Shown here: one piece after another, positions 1-8,339 of the stretch
Layout: each line of letters starts with the position of its first letter
Numbering within the stretch: position 1 is the stretch's first letter
NCBI RefSeq assembly: GCF_025567005.1
Contig: NZ_JAOQKE010000006.1
Span: 174-32,173 of the forward strand
Direction of reading: 5' to 3'
Origin: Muricoprocola aceti
Lineage (GTDB): Bacteria > Bacillota > Clostridia > Lachnospirales > Lachnospiraceae
Length of the DNA: 32,000 bases
Notes under the pieces: generated by a model
Told to the model about the DNA's origin: nothing
Databases searched by the model: none
The model's input: only the letters and a program-made list of their open reading frames with translations
Translations under genes and position numbers: made by a program

Positions 1-37
1 TCAATTATCAAGGTTCTTTACTGTTTCGAACTTCTGT

Positions 38-66
38 ATGTTATCATAAGTTCGGATTTTTGTCAA
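38..66 (-). promoter_or_regulatory. sigma-A-type promoter firing leftward out of the window (target unknown)
   Basis: Minus strand reads TTGACA (66..61), 17-nt spacer, TGa-TAACAT (-10 at 43..38, TG at 46..45). An A-rich tract AATGAAAAAAGTAG (80..67) lies upstream and resembles an UP element. Same architecture as the tRNA promoter at 332..360. Confidence 0.45.
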
Positions 67-86
67 CTACTTTTTTCATTGACTAA

Positions 87-175
87 CGGAGAAGGAGGGA
101 TTTGAACCCTCGCGCCGCTATTAACGACCTGCACCCTTTCCAGGGGTGTCCCTTCAGCCTCTTGGGTACTTCTCC
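87..175 (-). tRNA. tRNA-Ser (anticodon GGA), class II, no encoded CCA
   Basis: Reverse complement reads GGAGAAGTACCCAAGAGGCTGAAGGGACACCCCTGGAAAGGGTGCAGGTCGTTAATAGCGGCGCGAGGGTTCAAATCCCTCCTTCTCCG. Acceptor stem GGAGAAG/CTTCTCC. Anticodon stem CACCC/GGGTG with loop CTGGAAA. Long variable arm. T arm GAGGG-TTCAAAT-CCCTC. Bases after the discriminator G are TTA, not CCA. Confidence 0.88.
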
Positions 176-204
176 AGACTGATCTTCAACTTCTATTCAG
201 TTGA

Positions 205-290
205 CGGAGAGAGTGGGATTCGAACCCACGCGCCCTTGCGGACAAACGGTTTTCAAGACCGCCTCGTTATGACCACTTCGATATCTCTCC
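205..290 (-). tRNA. tRNA-Ser (anticodon UGA), class II, no encoded CCA
   Basis: Reverse complement reads GGAGAGATATCGAAGTGGTCATAACGAGGCGGTCTTGAAAACCGTTTGTCCGCAAGGGCGCGTGGGTTCGAATCCCACTCTCTCCG. Acceptor stem GGAGAGA/TCTCTCC. Anticodon loop CTTGAAA. Long variable arm. T arm GTGGG-TTCGAAT-CCCAC. Bases after the discriminator are TCA, not CCA. Confidence 0.88.
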
Positions 291-331
291 ATTTGCCTTT
301 TTGCTTTTCTGCACTTCAAAAGGCAAGAATT

Positions 332-360
332 ATTCTATCATCGACTTTTTCATTTGTCAA
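332..360 (-). promoter_or_regulatory. sigma-A-type promoter for the tRNA-Ser pair
   Basis: Minus strand reads TTGACA (360..355), 17-nt spacer, TGa-TAGAAT (-10 at 337..332). A long A-tract (AAAAAAATAAAAAAAGTTG) lies upstream, as is typical of stable-RNA promoters. The predicted leader folds into a 9-bp hairpin TTGCCTTTT/AAAAGGCAA (326..293) ending 2 nt before the tRNA 5' end. Confidence 0.6.
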
Positions 361-386
361 CAACTTTTTTTATTTTTTTCGACTTT

Positions 387-1415
387 TTATCTTTCGCCTA
401 ATTTCAGGTTTGGGATAGCGTTCAGGTCTAGTCCATGGCGTGTTCCGGCCAGATATTCATAATAAGCAGCAGCACCAATCATCGCCGCATTATCGGTGCA
501 CAGTATCGGGGATGGATGATAAAATTTCACATTATTTTTCTCACAGGCAAGTTCCATTTCTCTTCGAAGCGTAGAATTAGATGCTACTCCTCCTGCAATT
601 GCCAGTTTATCGAATCCGTATTCTTTCACTGCCATCATAGCATGTTCTACCAGCACATCAGTAACTGCTTTTTGGAAAGACGCTGCCACATCAGCTGCTA
701 CAATCTCCTCGCCTTTCATTTTTGCACCATTCAGGTAATTTAACACTGCCGATTTCAGTCCACTGAAGCTAAAGTCATAGACTGATTCCGCAATATGTGC
801 TCTTGGGAAGGTAATTGCCTCTGGATTTCCTTCTTTTGAAAGCTTATCAATCTTCGGTCCGCCTGGATATCCCAGTCCAATTGCTCTTGCAACTTTATCA
901 AACGCTTCTCCTGCCGCATCATCTCTTGTACGACCAAGGATTTTATATTTTCCATAATCTTCTACTACCACCAGATGTGTATGTCCGCCTGATACTACCA
1001 GACATGCAAACGGTGGCTCCAGATCTTTATTTTCTATATAGTTGGCTGATATATGGCCTTCAATATGATGTACACCTATCAACGGTTTCTTCGCAGCATA
1101 AGCAATCGCTTTTGCCTCAGCCACACCGACAAGAAGTGCACCTACCAGTCCTGGTCCATAGGTCACACCAATAGCATCGATCTCATCCAATGTCATATTC
1201 GCCTGTTTTAACGCTTCTTCAATTACCTGATTAATCTTTTCGATATGTTTTCTGGATGCAATTTCAGGCACAACACCCCCATACAACGTATGAAGTGCAA
1301 TCTGGGAAGAAATAATGTTGGATAATACCTCTCTTCCGTTTTTTACAACTGCCGCTGCTGTTTCATCGCAGGAACTTTCTATTGCAAGTATTACTATATC
1401 CTTTTCGTTTTTCAT
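387..1415 (-). CDS. tsaD: tRNA N6-adenosine threonylcarbamoyltransferase TsaD (Kae1/Gcp family)
   Basis: 342-aa ORF. N-terminus [16 protein letters not shown] and the metal-binding motif GVHHIEGH are characteristic of TsaD. 4-nt ATGA overlap with the rnz stop codon. Confidence 0.95.
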   Translation of the reverse strand: MKNEKDIVILAIESSCDETAAAVVKNGREVLSNIISSQIALHTLYGGVVPEIASRKHIEKINQVIEEALKQANMTLDEIDAIGVTYGPGLVGALLVGVAEAKAIAYAAKKPLIGVHHIEGHISANYIENKDLEPPFACLVVSGGHTHLVVVEDYGKYKILGRTRDDAAGEAFDKVARAIGLGYPGGPKIDKLSKEGNPEAITFPRAHIAESVYDFSFSGLKSAVLNYLNGAKMKGEEIVAADVAASFQKAVTDVLVEHAMMAVKEYGFDKLAIAGGVASNSTLRREMELACEKNNVKFYHPSPILCTDNAAMIGAAAYYEYLAGTRHGLDLNAIPNLKLGER

Positions 1416-2338
1416 GATGCTTCTTTTGCTTCCCCTTCAAACATTAATTCTGTTGTTTTTCCGTCTTTTCCCGGATATGCGTTCGGGAAAATATCTGTTA
1501 CTGTCTTCATATACTCTTCCGGACGATTCAGAGACGGACTATAATGAGTCAGCCACATTTCACTGACCTGTGCTTTCCTCGCCACTTCCGCTGCTTCCGT
1601 AAATGTCATATGCTTATGTTCCACTGCTTTTTCTTCTTTCCCCGGTTCTCCATACATTCCCTCGCATATAAGAAGATCTGCATGCATGGCATTTTCCACC
1701 AGTGACTGTGTCGGTCTGGTATCCGTACAATACGTCAGTTTAATTCCTTTTCGTGGCGCCCCTAACACCATATCCGGAGTATAGCATATTCCATTTTCCT
1801 CAATTTGCTCGCCTTTTTGCAAACGACTCCAATATTTTAAAGGGATCTCCTGCTCCTTTGCTCTCACTGCATCAAACTTTCCAGCCCGGTCTATTTCAAT
1901 AGAATATCCATAGCAAAGCACATTGTGATTTACCCTATATGCGATCAGACGATACCCGTCCATTTCAAATACCTGCTGTGCCCCCTGAATTTCCTGAAAA
2001 TGAATCTCAAAAGGCAGTTCCGGTGCAATCACACGGAGTGCATTTACCACACGTTCCAGCCCCTTGGGTCCAATAAGGGTCAGTGGTTCTGTTCGCATAG
2101 CATTCCCCATAGTCAGCAGAAGCCCTGGGAGCCCGCTGATATGGTCTCCATGATAGTGAGTAAAGCAAATCACATCAATTGGTTTAAAACTCCATCCCTT
2201 TTCTTTGATTGCGATCTGTGTTCCCTCCCCACAGTCAATTAAAATACTGCTGCCATTATAACGCATCATCAGCGAAGTCAGCCAGCGATAGGGCAGCGGC
2301 ATCATACCTCCGCACCCCAGCAAACATACATCTAACAT
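1412..2338 (-). CDS. rnz: ribonuclease Z (metallo-beta-lactamase fold tRNA 3' endonuclease)
   Basis: 308-aa ORF. Pattern LLGCGG...LIDCGEGTQ...[17 protein letters not shown]...LIGPKG parallels B. subtilis RNase Z, including the HxHxDH motif. Confidence 0.85.
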   Translation of the reverse strand: MLDVCLLGCGGMMPLPYRWLTSLMMRYNGSSILIDCGEGTQIAIKEKGWSFKPIDVICFTHYHGDHISGLPGLLLTMGNAMRTEPLTLIGPKGLERVVNALRVIAPELPFEIHFQEIQGAQQVFEMDGYRLIAYRVNHNVLCYGYSIEIDRAGKFDAVRAKEQEIPLKYWSRLQKGEQIEENGICYTPDMVLGAPRKGIKLTYCTDTRPTQSLVENAMHADLLICEGMYGEPGKEEKAVEHKHMTFTEAAEVARKAQVSEMWLTHYSPSLNRPEEYMKTVTDIFPNAYPGKDGKTTELMFEGEAKEAS

Positions 2339-2375
2339 ATTTCACCATTACTTTCTTTATTTCATTGCAACTCTT

Positions 2376-2582
2376 TTATAACATTTCTGTCTGTTCCCAG
2401 CATTCTGCCGGAATTCTGAATTCACTGAGCATTTTTGCAAAACATTCCTCGCAGATATGAAACCGGTAAACTTTCTGATCCACACCAGAAAAATACCCCC
2501 ACTGCTTCTTTATCGTCAGATATTCTTCCTGATTCTGTAAAAGTTCTCTTCCACATTTGTTGCAGCAAATCTTCTTTTCCAT
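2376..2582 (-). CDS. small (68 aa) zinc-ribbon protein, function unknown
   Basis: ATG at 2582 is preceded by a strong SD, AGGAGGA (2595..2589), with 6-nt spacing. A perfect TATAAT box (2619..2614) lies about 30 nt upstream, but its -35 is poor. Two CxxC pairs are present (CNKC near the N-terminus, CEEC about 33 residues later). Confidence 0.7.
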   Translation of the reverse strand: MEKKICCNKCGRELLQNQEEYLTIKKQWGYFSGVDQKVYRFHICEECFAKMLSEFRIPAECWEQTEML

Positions 2583-2652
2583 ATCTTATCCTCCTGTTCA
2601 TCAATTCAGCTCGATTATACAGGATTTTTTTTATTTATCCCAGTGGAAATGA

Positions 2653-3108
2653 TTAGAGATATTTCCACATGATGACTGCATTTTCTTTCGGTGCATCATA
2701 GAAATTTTTACGAATTCCCGCTGAGACAAACCCCAGCTTCTGATAAAGAGAAATAGCAGCCAGATTACTTTCCCTTACTTCCAGTGTAAAGGCTTTTATC
2801 CCTTTTTGTTCTCCCCGTCTCATCAGTTCCTGAAGCATACTTTCACCAACTCCGTATCTTCTGCTGGATGCATCCACCGACACATTCGTAATATCCGCTT
2901 CATCCAATACCTGCAAATAGCCACAATACCCTACTATGGATCCATTTTTGTATGCCGAAAGAAAGCAGGTGTTCTCCTGCTCCATAGAATCTGCAAATCC
3001 CTGCTCCGACCATGGAAGACTGAAATTTTCTTTTTCGATTCTTGCCACTTCCGGCAAATCCGCTTTTTTCATTTCGCAGATCTCCAGCCTGCCATTTTGT
3101 TCAGACAT
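2653..3108 (-). CDS. rimI: ribosomal-protein-alanine N-acetyltransferase RimI (GNAT)
   Basis: GNAT pattern LEICEMKKADLPEVARIEKENFSLPWS...GYCGYLQV...ITNVSVDASSRRYGVGESML. The start is taken at ATG 3108, which overlaps the tsaB stop as ATGTCTGA. The track ORF runs on to 3240 through the tsaB 3' end in another frame. An alternative start at 3072 (MKKADL, SD GGAGA) is possible. Confidence 0.88.
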   Translation of the reverse strand: MSEQNGRLEICEMKKADLPEVARIEKENFSLPWSEQGFADSMEQENTCFLSAYKNGSIVGYCGYLQVLDEADITNVSVDASSRRYGVGESMLQELMRRGEQKGIKAFTLEVRESNLAAISLYQKLGFVSAGIRKNFYDAPKENAVIMWKYL

Positions 3109-3817
3109 TTTCTTTTCGCGCCTGTTTCTGGGCGCGTTCTCTTTCAGCCTGAGACAGTCTGAGATAATCTGGCTGATGTTCCATAGCACTTTCCAGCTTT
3201 CCTTCTTTTGCATACTGTATGCCCAACACTGCAACTGCACCTGCCCGCTGCCGATTCAGGTGTGCAGGTGCAAGCAAATATGGCACTTTTAGATTTTTTT
3301 TAATCAATTCCAGATAAACTGGCACTCCATCCCCTGCCAAAATTACTTCACGACCTGTTTGATTCAATTTTTCCAGGACTTCCTCTACCGGCACTGCCAT
3401 CTGATCTTCCATTACTTTTAAAGTGTTTTCCTGAAATTCATAAATTCCGGTATATACCTGACTGCGTCTCGCATCCATCATCGGACAGATTACCTTCTCA
3501 GAGCCACAGAAATTATATGCTATTCCTTCCAGCGTCGGTACCGAAACCAATGGTTTTTTCAATGCCAGTCCCAGGCCTTTTGCTGTTGCTGATCCAATAC
3601 GCAGTCCGGTAAATGATCCCGGCCCTGCTGCCACTGCGATCGCATCTATGGTATTCAGATCCAGTTCAATCATTTTTGCAACTTCATCCAGCATCGGAAG
3701 CAGTGTCTGTGAATGTGTTTTTTTGTAATTAATGGTATATTCTGCCAACATCTGTGTATCTTCCACAACAGCAACTGTGGCCACCATACCTGAGCTGTCA
3801 ATTCCCAGAACTTTCAT
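3101..3817 (-). CDS. tsaB: tRNA threonylcarbamoyladenosine biosynthesis protein TsaB (YeaZ family)
   Basis: 238-aa ORF starting MKVLGIDSSG, with a YeaZ-like ASKHA fold pattern. It sits between tsaE and rimI, as in the B. subtilis ydiB-ydiC-ydiD-ydiE operon. Confidence 0.92.
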   Translation of the reverse strand: MKVLGIDSSGMVATVAVVEDTQMLAEYTINYKKTHSQTLLPMLDEVAKMIELDLNTIDAIAVAAGPGSFTGLRIGSATAKGLGLALKKPLVSVPTLEGIAYNFCGSEKVICPMMDARRSQVYTGIYEFQENTLKVMEDQMAVPVEEVLEKLNQTGREVILAGDGVPVYLELIKKNLKVPYLLAPAHLNRQRAGAVAVLGIQYAKEGKLESAMEHQPDYLRLSQAERERAQKQARKENV

Positions 3818-3818
3818 C

Positions 3819-4241
3819 TTATTTCACCTCTATTCTGCGATAGTCAAAGCCTTTTTCCAGATCTTTTTCTATCGTAATCCAAATTGTATTCTCCGGCATG
3901 ATCTCCTCAATCAGATTCGCCCATTCTACCAGACAGACCCCTTCTCCATAGAAGCAATCTTCATACCCAATCTCATCCATTTCTTCTATATCTCCGATCC
4001 GGTATACATCAAAATGATAAAACGGCATTCTGCCCTCTTCATAAACCTGAACAATGGTAAAAGTCGGACTGCTGACTGGCTCTGTAACACCAATCCCCTC
4101 TGCAAATCCTTTGGTCAATATGGTTTTTCCCACACCCAGATCTCCCAAAAGTGCATAGACCTGCCCCGGTTTTGCTTCTGCTCCCAGCTTTTTTCCTAAT
4201 TCAAATGTCTCTTTTTCACTAAATGTCTCTATCTTCATCAC
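3819..4241 (-). CDS. tsaE: tRNA t6A ATPase TsaE (YjeE family)
   Basis: 140-aa ORF with Walker A GDLGVGKT and the TsaE pattern SPTFT...Y...HFDVYR. The track start at 4241 is a GTG, and the next codon (4238) is ATG, so either could be the start. It overlaps the upstream Nudix gene by about 20 nt. Confidence 0.92.
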   Translation of the reverse strand: MMKIETFSEKETFELGKKLGAEAKPGQVYALLGDLGVGKTILTKGFAEGIGVTEPVSSPTFTIVQVYEEGRMPFYHFDVYRIGDIEEMDEIGYEDCFYGEGVCLVEWANLIEEIMPENTIWITIEKDLEKGFDYRRIEVK

Positions 4242-4845
4242 ATTTTAAAAAATAAAACGGATCTTCACTTGCTATAAAATGCATCAGCATATAGGCGCAC
4301 ATCATTGCAACTTTTTCTTCTTTTAAAATCCGTTTTGCTTCCTTCCTGTCCACTAAGACCACTTCTATTTCTTCGCTATCTTCTTCTCCATCTGTACAGA
4401 TGGTTCCTGATGCATATCCATAAACCATGGCACAACATTCATCCGTCATTCCAATCGTGGTGTATAACGGTTTTTCCATGTATCCCGGTACGTTCAAAAG
4501 TTCCAGCTTCAGTCCAGTCTCTTCTCTCAGTTCCCTGACCGCTGCATCGTGATAGTCTTCCTTTTTTTCTACCAGGCCTGCCGGGAATTCATAAATGTAA
4601 TCATCAATGGCATAGCGGTACTGATGCACTAGTACAATCCGATCTCTTTTTTCTCCATACAGACTGTAAATCGCTACTCCATCTGGTGTATCATCCTTTT
4701 TCACCAGCTTCATCTGTGCAGCTTCAGACGCCCGGGATGCCACATAATAATTTACATCGCCTCCCAGACGATTTTCTGCATCCAGATGATACATATTCAG
4801 GAAACGATTATCTGTCATTTTTGTGACACTTCTGATTTTTCCCAT
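4219..4845 (-). CDS. Nudix hydrolase (ADP-ribose pyrophosphatase-like)
   Basis: 208-aa ORF with a full Nudix box, GLVEKKEDYHDAAVRELREETGL (Gx5Ex7REUxEExGU). Its ATG shares one base with the tex stop (TAATG). Confidence 0.88.
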   Translation of the reverse strand: MGKIRSVTKMTDNRFLNMYHLDAENRLGGDVNYYVASRASEAAQMKLVKKDDTPDGVAIYSLYGEKRDRIVLVHQYRYAIDDYIYEFPAGLVEKKEDYHDAAVRELREETGLKLELLNVPGYMEKPLYTTIGMTDECCAMVYGYASGTICTDGEEDSEEIEVVLVDRKEAKRILKEEKVAMMCAYMLMHFIASEDPFYFLKCDEDRDI

Positions 4846-7001
4846 TATTTGATACCTTTCATCGTCAACTGGATTCTCTTTTTATTCAGATCCACACTCA
4901 TGACTTTTACTTCCACAATATCGCCTACGCTTACTACTTCCAACGGATGCTTTACAAACTTCTTATCTGTCAGCTGTGAAATGTGCACCAGTCCGTCCTG
5001 ATGTACACCGATATCAACAAACACCCCAAAATCAATTACATTACGTACCGTACCTTTTAATATCATGCCTGGGGTCAGATCTTTCATTTCCAGTACATCC
5101 GTACGAAGAATCGGTTTTGGCATCTCGTCACGTGGATCTCGGGCCGGTTTTTCCAGTTCTTTCACAATATCACGTAACGTAATCTCTCCTACCTCCAGTT
5201 CCCCGGCAAGCTTTTTATAGTCTCTGATTTTTTCTGATAAACCATCCAGTTTCTTATCTGTGATATCTGCGGTAGAATATCCCAGCTTTTTCAAAAGAAG
5301 TTCTGCCGCATGATAACTCTCCGGATGTACACTGGTCTGATCCAGAGGATTGGCACCACCCTGGATCCGCATAAATCCTGCGCACTGTTCATAAGCCTTC
5401 GGTCCCAGCTTTGCTACTTTCAGCAGCTGTTTTCGATCTGAAAATCTGCCATTTTCTTCCCGGTACGCAACAATGTTTTTAGCAATTGTTTTGCTTACCC
5501 CGGAAATGTATTCCAGGAGAGATGCAGATGCTGTATTCAAATCTACGCCTACCTTATTTACACAATCTTCCACTACACCACTTAAAGTTTCTCCCAGCTT
5601 TTTCTGATTCATATCATGCTGATACTGTCCTACTCCGATGGATTTCGGATCAATCTTAACCAGTTCCGCAAGAGGATCCTGTACTCTTCTGGCTATCGAA
5701 GCTGCACTTCTCTGACCCACATCGAAATTCGGAAACTCTTCTGTCGCCAGTTTACTTGCCGAATAAACAGATGCTCCAGCTTCATTTGTGATGACATACT
5801 GTATCGGTGTGGATATCTCTTTCAGCATTTCTACGATCACCTGCTCCGACTCCCTTGAAGCGGTTCCATTTCCTACTGAAATCAGAGTAATATGATACTT
5901 ATCAATAAATTCTTTTACTTTATCCTTTGCTGCACGGATTTTCTTCTCATTGGTCGGTGCTGTCGGATAGACAACTGCGGTATCCAGTACTTTTCCAGTC
6001 GGATCTACTACTGCCAGCTTGCATCCGGTACGAAATGCAGGATCCCATCCCAGCACCACCTTACCGGAGATTGGCGGCTGCATCAGCAGCTGCTGAAGGT
6101 TTTTGCCAAATACATTCATGGCTCCTTCTTCTGCCTTTTCTGTCTGTGCATTGCGAATCTCTCTCTCTATAGCAGGCGCAATGAGACGCTTATAACTGTC
6201 CTCGATCACTTCTTTTAATGCATCTGTTGTATTCGGATTTTCTTTCTTAATGATCTGTTTTTCCAGATACCGTAAAATCCGATCTTCCGGTGCTTCCACC
6301 CTCACAGTCAGGAACTTTTCCTTTTCTCCACGATTTAATGCCAATACACGATGTCCCGCCAGCTTTGTAACCGGCTCCTGGAAATGATAATACATTTCAT
6401 AGACAGATTCTGCTTTTTCATCCTTAGCCTCTGCAGTCAGAACTCCTTCTTTTTCTGTCATCTCGCGAATTCTGGTACGATACGCAGCCTCATCTGAGAT
6501 GCTTTCTGCTATGATGTCTTTTGCACCATTAATCGCATCTGCCACAGTCAGGACTTCTTTTTCTTCACTCAGAAAATCTTTTGCTTCTTCTTCCAGAGAC
6601 TTTTTGGTCATCTGAAGAAGAATGATATTTGCCAGACCTTCCAGACCTTTTTCCTTTGCAATCGTTGCACGGGTACGGCGTTTCGGCCGATACGGACGAT
6701 ACAGATCTTCTACCAGTACCTGCGTCTGTGCCTCCAGAATCTGCTTCTTTAATTCTTCTGTCAGCTTTCCCTGTTCTTCAATACTGGACAGGACCTGCTG
6801 TTTTTTTTCTTCCAGATTGCGCAGATAAACCAGTCTCTCATGCAGCTTTCTCAGCTGTTCATCGTTCAATGTTCCAGTTGCCTCTTTCCGGTATCTGGCA
6901 ATAAATGGTATGGTATTGCCCTCATCTATTAATTTTACAGCAGCTTCTACCTGCCATGCCTGCACTTCCAGTTCAGAAGCAATTTTTTTTATCATGTCCA
7001 T
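4845..7001 (-). CDS. tex: Tex-like transcription accessory protein with C-terminal S1 RNA-binding domain
   Basis: 718-aa ORF. N-terminal pattern QVEAAVKLIDEGNTIPFIARYRKE, central YqgF/HhH region, and C-terminal S1 domain GMILKGTVRNVIDFGVFVDIGVHQDGLVHISQL. Confidence 0.93.
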   Translation of the reverse strand: MDMIKKIASELEVQAWQVEAAVKLIDEGNTIPFIARYRKEATGTLNDEQLRKLHERLVYLRNLEEKKQQVLSSIEEQGKLTEELKKQILEAQTQVLVEDLYRPYRPKRRTRATIAKEKGLEGLANIILLQMTKKSLEEEAKDFLSEEKEVLTVADAINGAKDIIAESISDEAAYRTRIREMTEKEGVLTAEAKDEKAESVYEMYYHFQEPVTKLAGHRVLALNRGEKEKFLTVRVEAPEDRILRYLEKQIIKKENPNTTDALKEVIEDSYKRLIAPAIEREIRNAQTEKAEEGAMNVFGKNLQQLLMQPPISGKVVLGWDPAFRTGCKLAVVDPTGKVLDTAVVYPTAPTNEKKIRAAKDKVKEFIDKYHITLISVGNGTASRESEQVIVEMLKEISTPIQYVITNEAGASVYSASKLATEEFPNFDVGQRSAASIARRVQDPLAELVKIDPKSIGVGQYQHDMNQKKLGETLSGVVEDCVNKVGVDLNTASASLLEYISGVSKTIAKNIVAYREENGRFSDRKQLLKVAKLGPKAYEQCAGFMRIQGGANPLDQTSVHPESYHAAELLLKKLGYSTADITDKKLDGLSEKIRDYKKLAGELEVGEITLRDIVKELEKPARDPRDEMPKPILRTDVLEMKDLTPGMILKGTVRNVIDFGVFVDIGVHQDGLVHISQLTDKKFVKHPLEVVSVGDIVEVKVMSVDLNKKRIQLTMKGIK

Positions 7002-7029
7002 TCTTTTCCACCTATTCGTTATCGTTCCT

Positions 7030-7473
7030 TTATTCGCTCGCTAATATCTTCATATAATGCACCCCTTCAAGATTCTCAATATCCGTAAACAGCGACATAG
7101 AATTTCCCGTTGTTGGAAGGATATCGATGCAGAGGGTCAGCGATGCGACTCCATTGACCGGTATGGTCTGATGAATGGTCAGAATATTGGCCTGATATTC
7201 TGCAATCACTTTCAAAACATCTGACAGCAATCCTGGCTGATCATTCATCTGTATCACAAATGTGATCTTTTTTCCCTTTGTATTTTCATGAAAAAGGGAA
7301 ATATCGTCCTTATATTTGTAAAAAGAGCTTCGACTAATACCAGTCAGATCCGCTGCTTCCTGCACGGTCGCTGCTTTTCCGGTCTCTAGCAGTTTTTTTG
7401 CCTCTACTACTTTCAAAAGGACCTCTGGCACCGCCTTTTCTTTTACTACATAGAACTGCTCTTTTCCTTTCAT
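7030..7473 (-). CDS. UPF0735 ACT-domain protein (PheB-like) with N-terminal HTH-like segment
   Basis: 147-aa ORF. FYVVKEKAVPEVLLKVVEAKKLL...ISRSSFYKYKDDI followed by an ACT fold closely parallels B. subtilis PheB. SD is AAGGAGAG. Confidence 0.85.
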   Translation of the reverse strand: MKGKEQFYVVKEKAVPEVLLKVVEAKKLLETGKAATVQEAADLTGISRSSFYKYKDDISLFHENTKGKKITFVIQMNDQPGLLSDVLKVIAEYQANILTIHQTIPVNGVASLTLCIDILPTTGNSMSLFTDIENLEGVHYMKILASE

Positions 7474-7499
7474 ATGCTCTCCTTTATACAGCAGTACTG

Positions 7500-8339
7500 T
7501 CAGAATCCCCGTCCTTTACCGCCGCCATATGTATGACCTCCAGAAGAATGATGCGTGGATGTTCTTCCACTGTCACCGCCACCGGATGGAGGATCTTTCT
7601 CAATTCTCCGATGTGTTACAAACTGATTCACCAGTATATCTCTCTGCGCTGTAATCTTAAGTCTTGCATTCTTTTCCGTAGAATACCGATATTTTTTTAC
7701 CACAGTGTAGCTTCTGTAAAGAATGGCCGAAACGATTGCAGCTACCATAAGTCCTGCGAAAAAAGCAAGCAAAATATCTCCTGAAGCAAGACTGTGATAA
7801 CGCACAATCCGCCCGGTCTCCGTATCATACGTATATTGATTATTCGGGATTCCTTCGTTCAGATATTGCTGTACCTTTTTCAACATGGCTATCATTGCAT
7901 TTCCATATTCCCCATCTGAAGCATAGGACTGTGCAGCATCATAGATCTTTTCTTCCCGGTAATCGGTAATATAATAGATCATATCTCGTTCTGTGACAAG
8001 ATTCAGTTCCCGGTTGTCCATATCGATCAGCAATGCGATTCCACCTTTGGCCTCATTACTCTCCAGTCCGTATTCCTCATAGGTATCTTCCAAAACTTCG
8101 TGGGATTCTTTTCCGCCGGCATCTTCGCAGGTCATGACCAGCACATTCATCTGATACTGATCCTGAATCTCTTCCGATAAATTTTCTATCTTCTTTGTTT
8201 CTTCGGTTGTAAAGAGCCGCGCATCATCCTGGATCTGACACTGTGCAAATACCGTCGCTCCTGACAGCCAAAGGCAGATAGTTATCCATAATACTATCAT
8301 ACCCGCTGCCTTTCTTTTTGGCATTTTTTTCTCTACCAT
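7500..8339 (-). CDS. TPM-domain membrane protein (YgcG / YdjH-like)
   Basis: 279-aa ORF. N-terminal signal/anchor MIVLWITICLWLSGATVFA. TPM pattern IQDDARLFTTEE...VLVMT...GGIALLIDMDNRELNLVT...GEYGNA. A second TM segment ILLAFFAGLMVAAIVSAILY. Gly-rich C-terminal tail SGGGDSG...GGHTYGGGKGRGF. SD GGGAGGA lies 8 nt upstream. 7-nt overlap with the preceding gene. Confidence 0.85.
   Translation of the reverse strand: MVEKKMPKRKAAGMIVLWITICLWLSGATVFAQCQIQDDARLFTTEETKKIENLSEEIQDQYQMNVLVMTCEDAGGKESHEVLEDTYEEYGLESNEAKGGIALLIDMDNRELNLVTERDMIYYITDYREEKIYDAAQSYASDGEYGNAMIAMLKKVQQYLNEGIPNNQYTYDTETGRIVRYHSLASGDILLAFFAGLMVAAIVSAILYRSYTVVKKYRYSTEKNARLKITAQRDILVNQFVTHRRIEKDPPSGGGDSGRTSTHHSSGGHTYGGGKGRGF

Noticed and set aside
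146-418. 90-aa plus-strand ORF.
   Set aside because: It runs through both tRNA-Ser genes and their promoter on the opposite strand. The region is fully explained by the tRNAs.
2376-2582. Possibility that the 68-aa zinc-ribbon protein is an MqsA/YgiT-type antitoxin, given the similar CxxC...CxxC spacing.
   Set aside because: It has no HTH domain, no adjacent small toxin-like ORF, and sits inside a housekeeping operon. Spacing similarity alone is not evidence.
3109-3240. N-terminal 44-codon extension of the rimI ORF.
   Set aside because: The extension overlaps the tsaB 3' end in another frame and has no GNAT homology. The ATGTCTGA start/stop overlap at 3108 gives a canonical RimI N-terminus.
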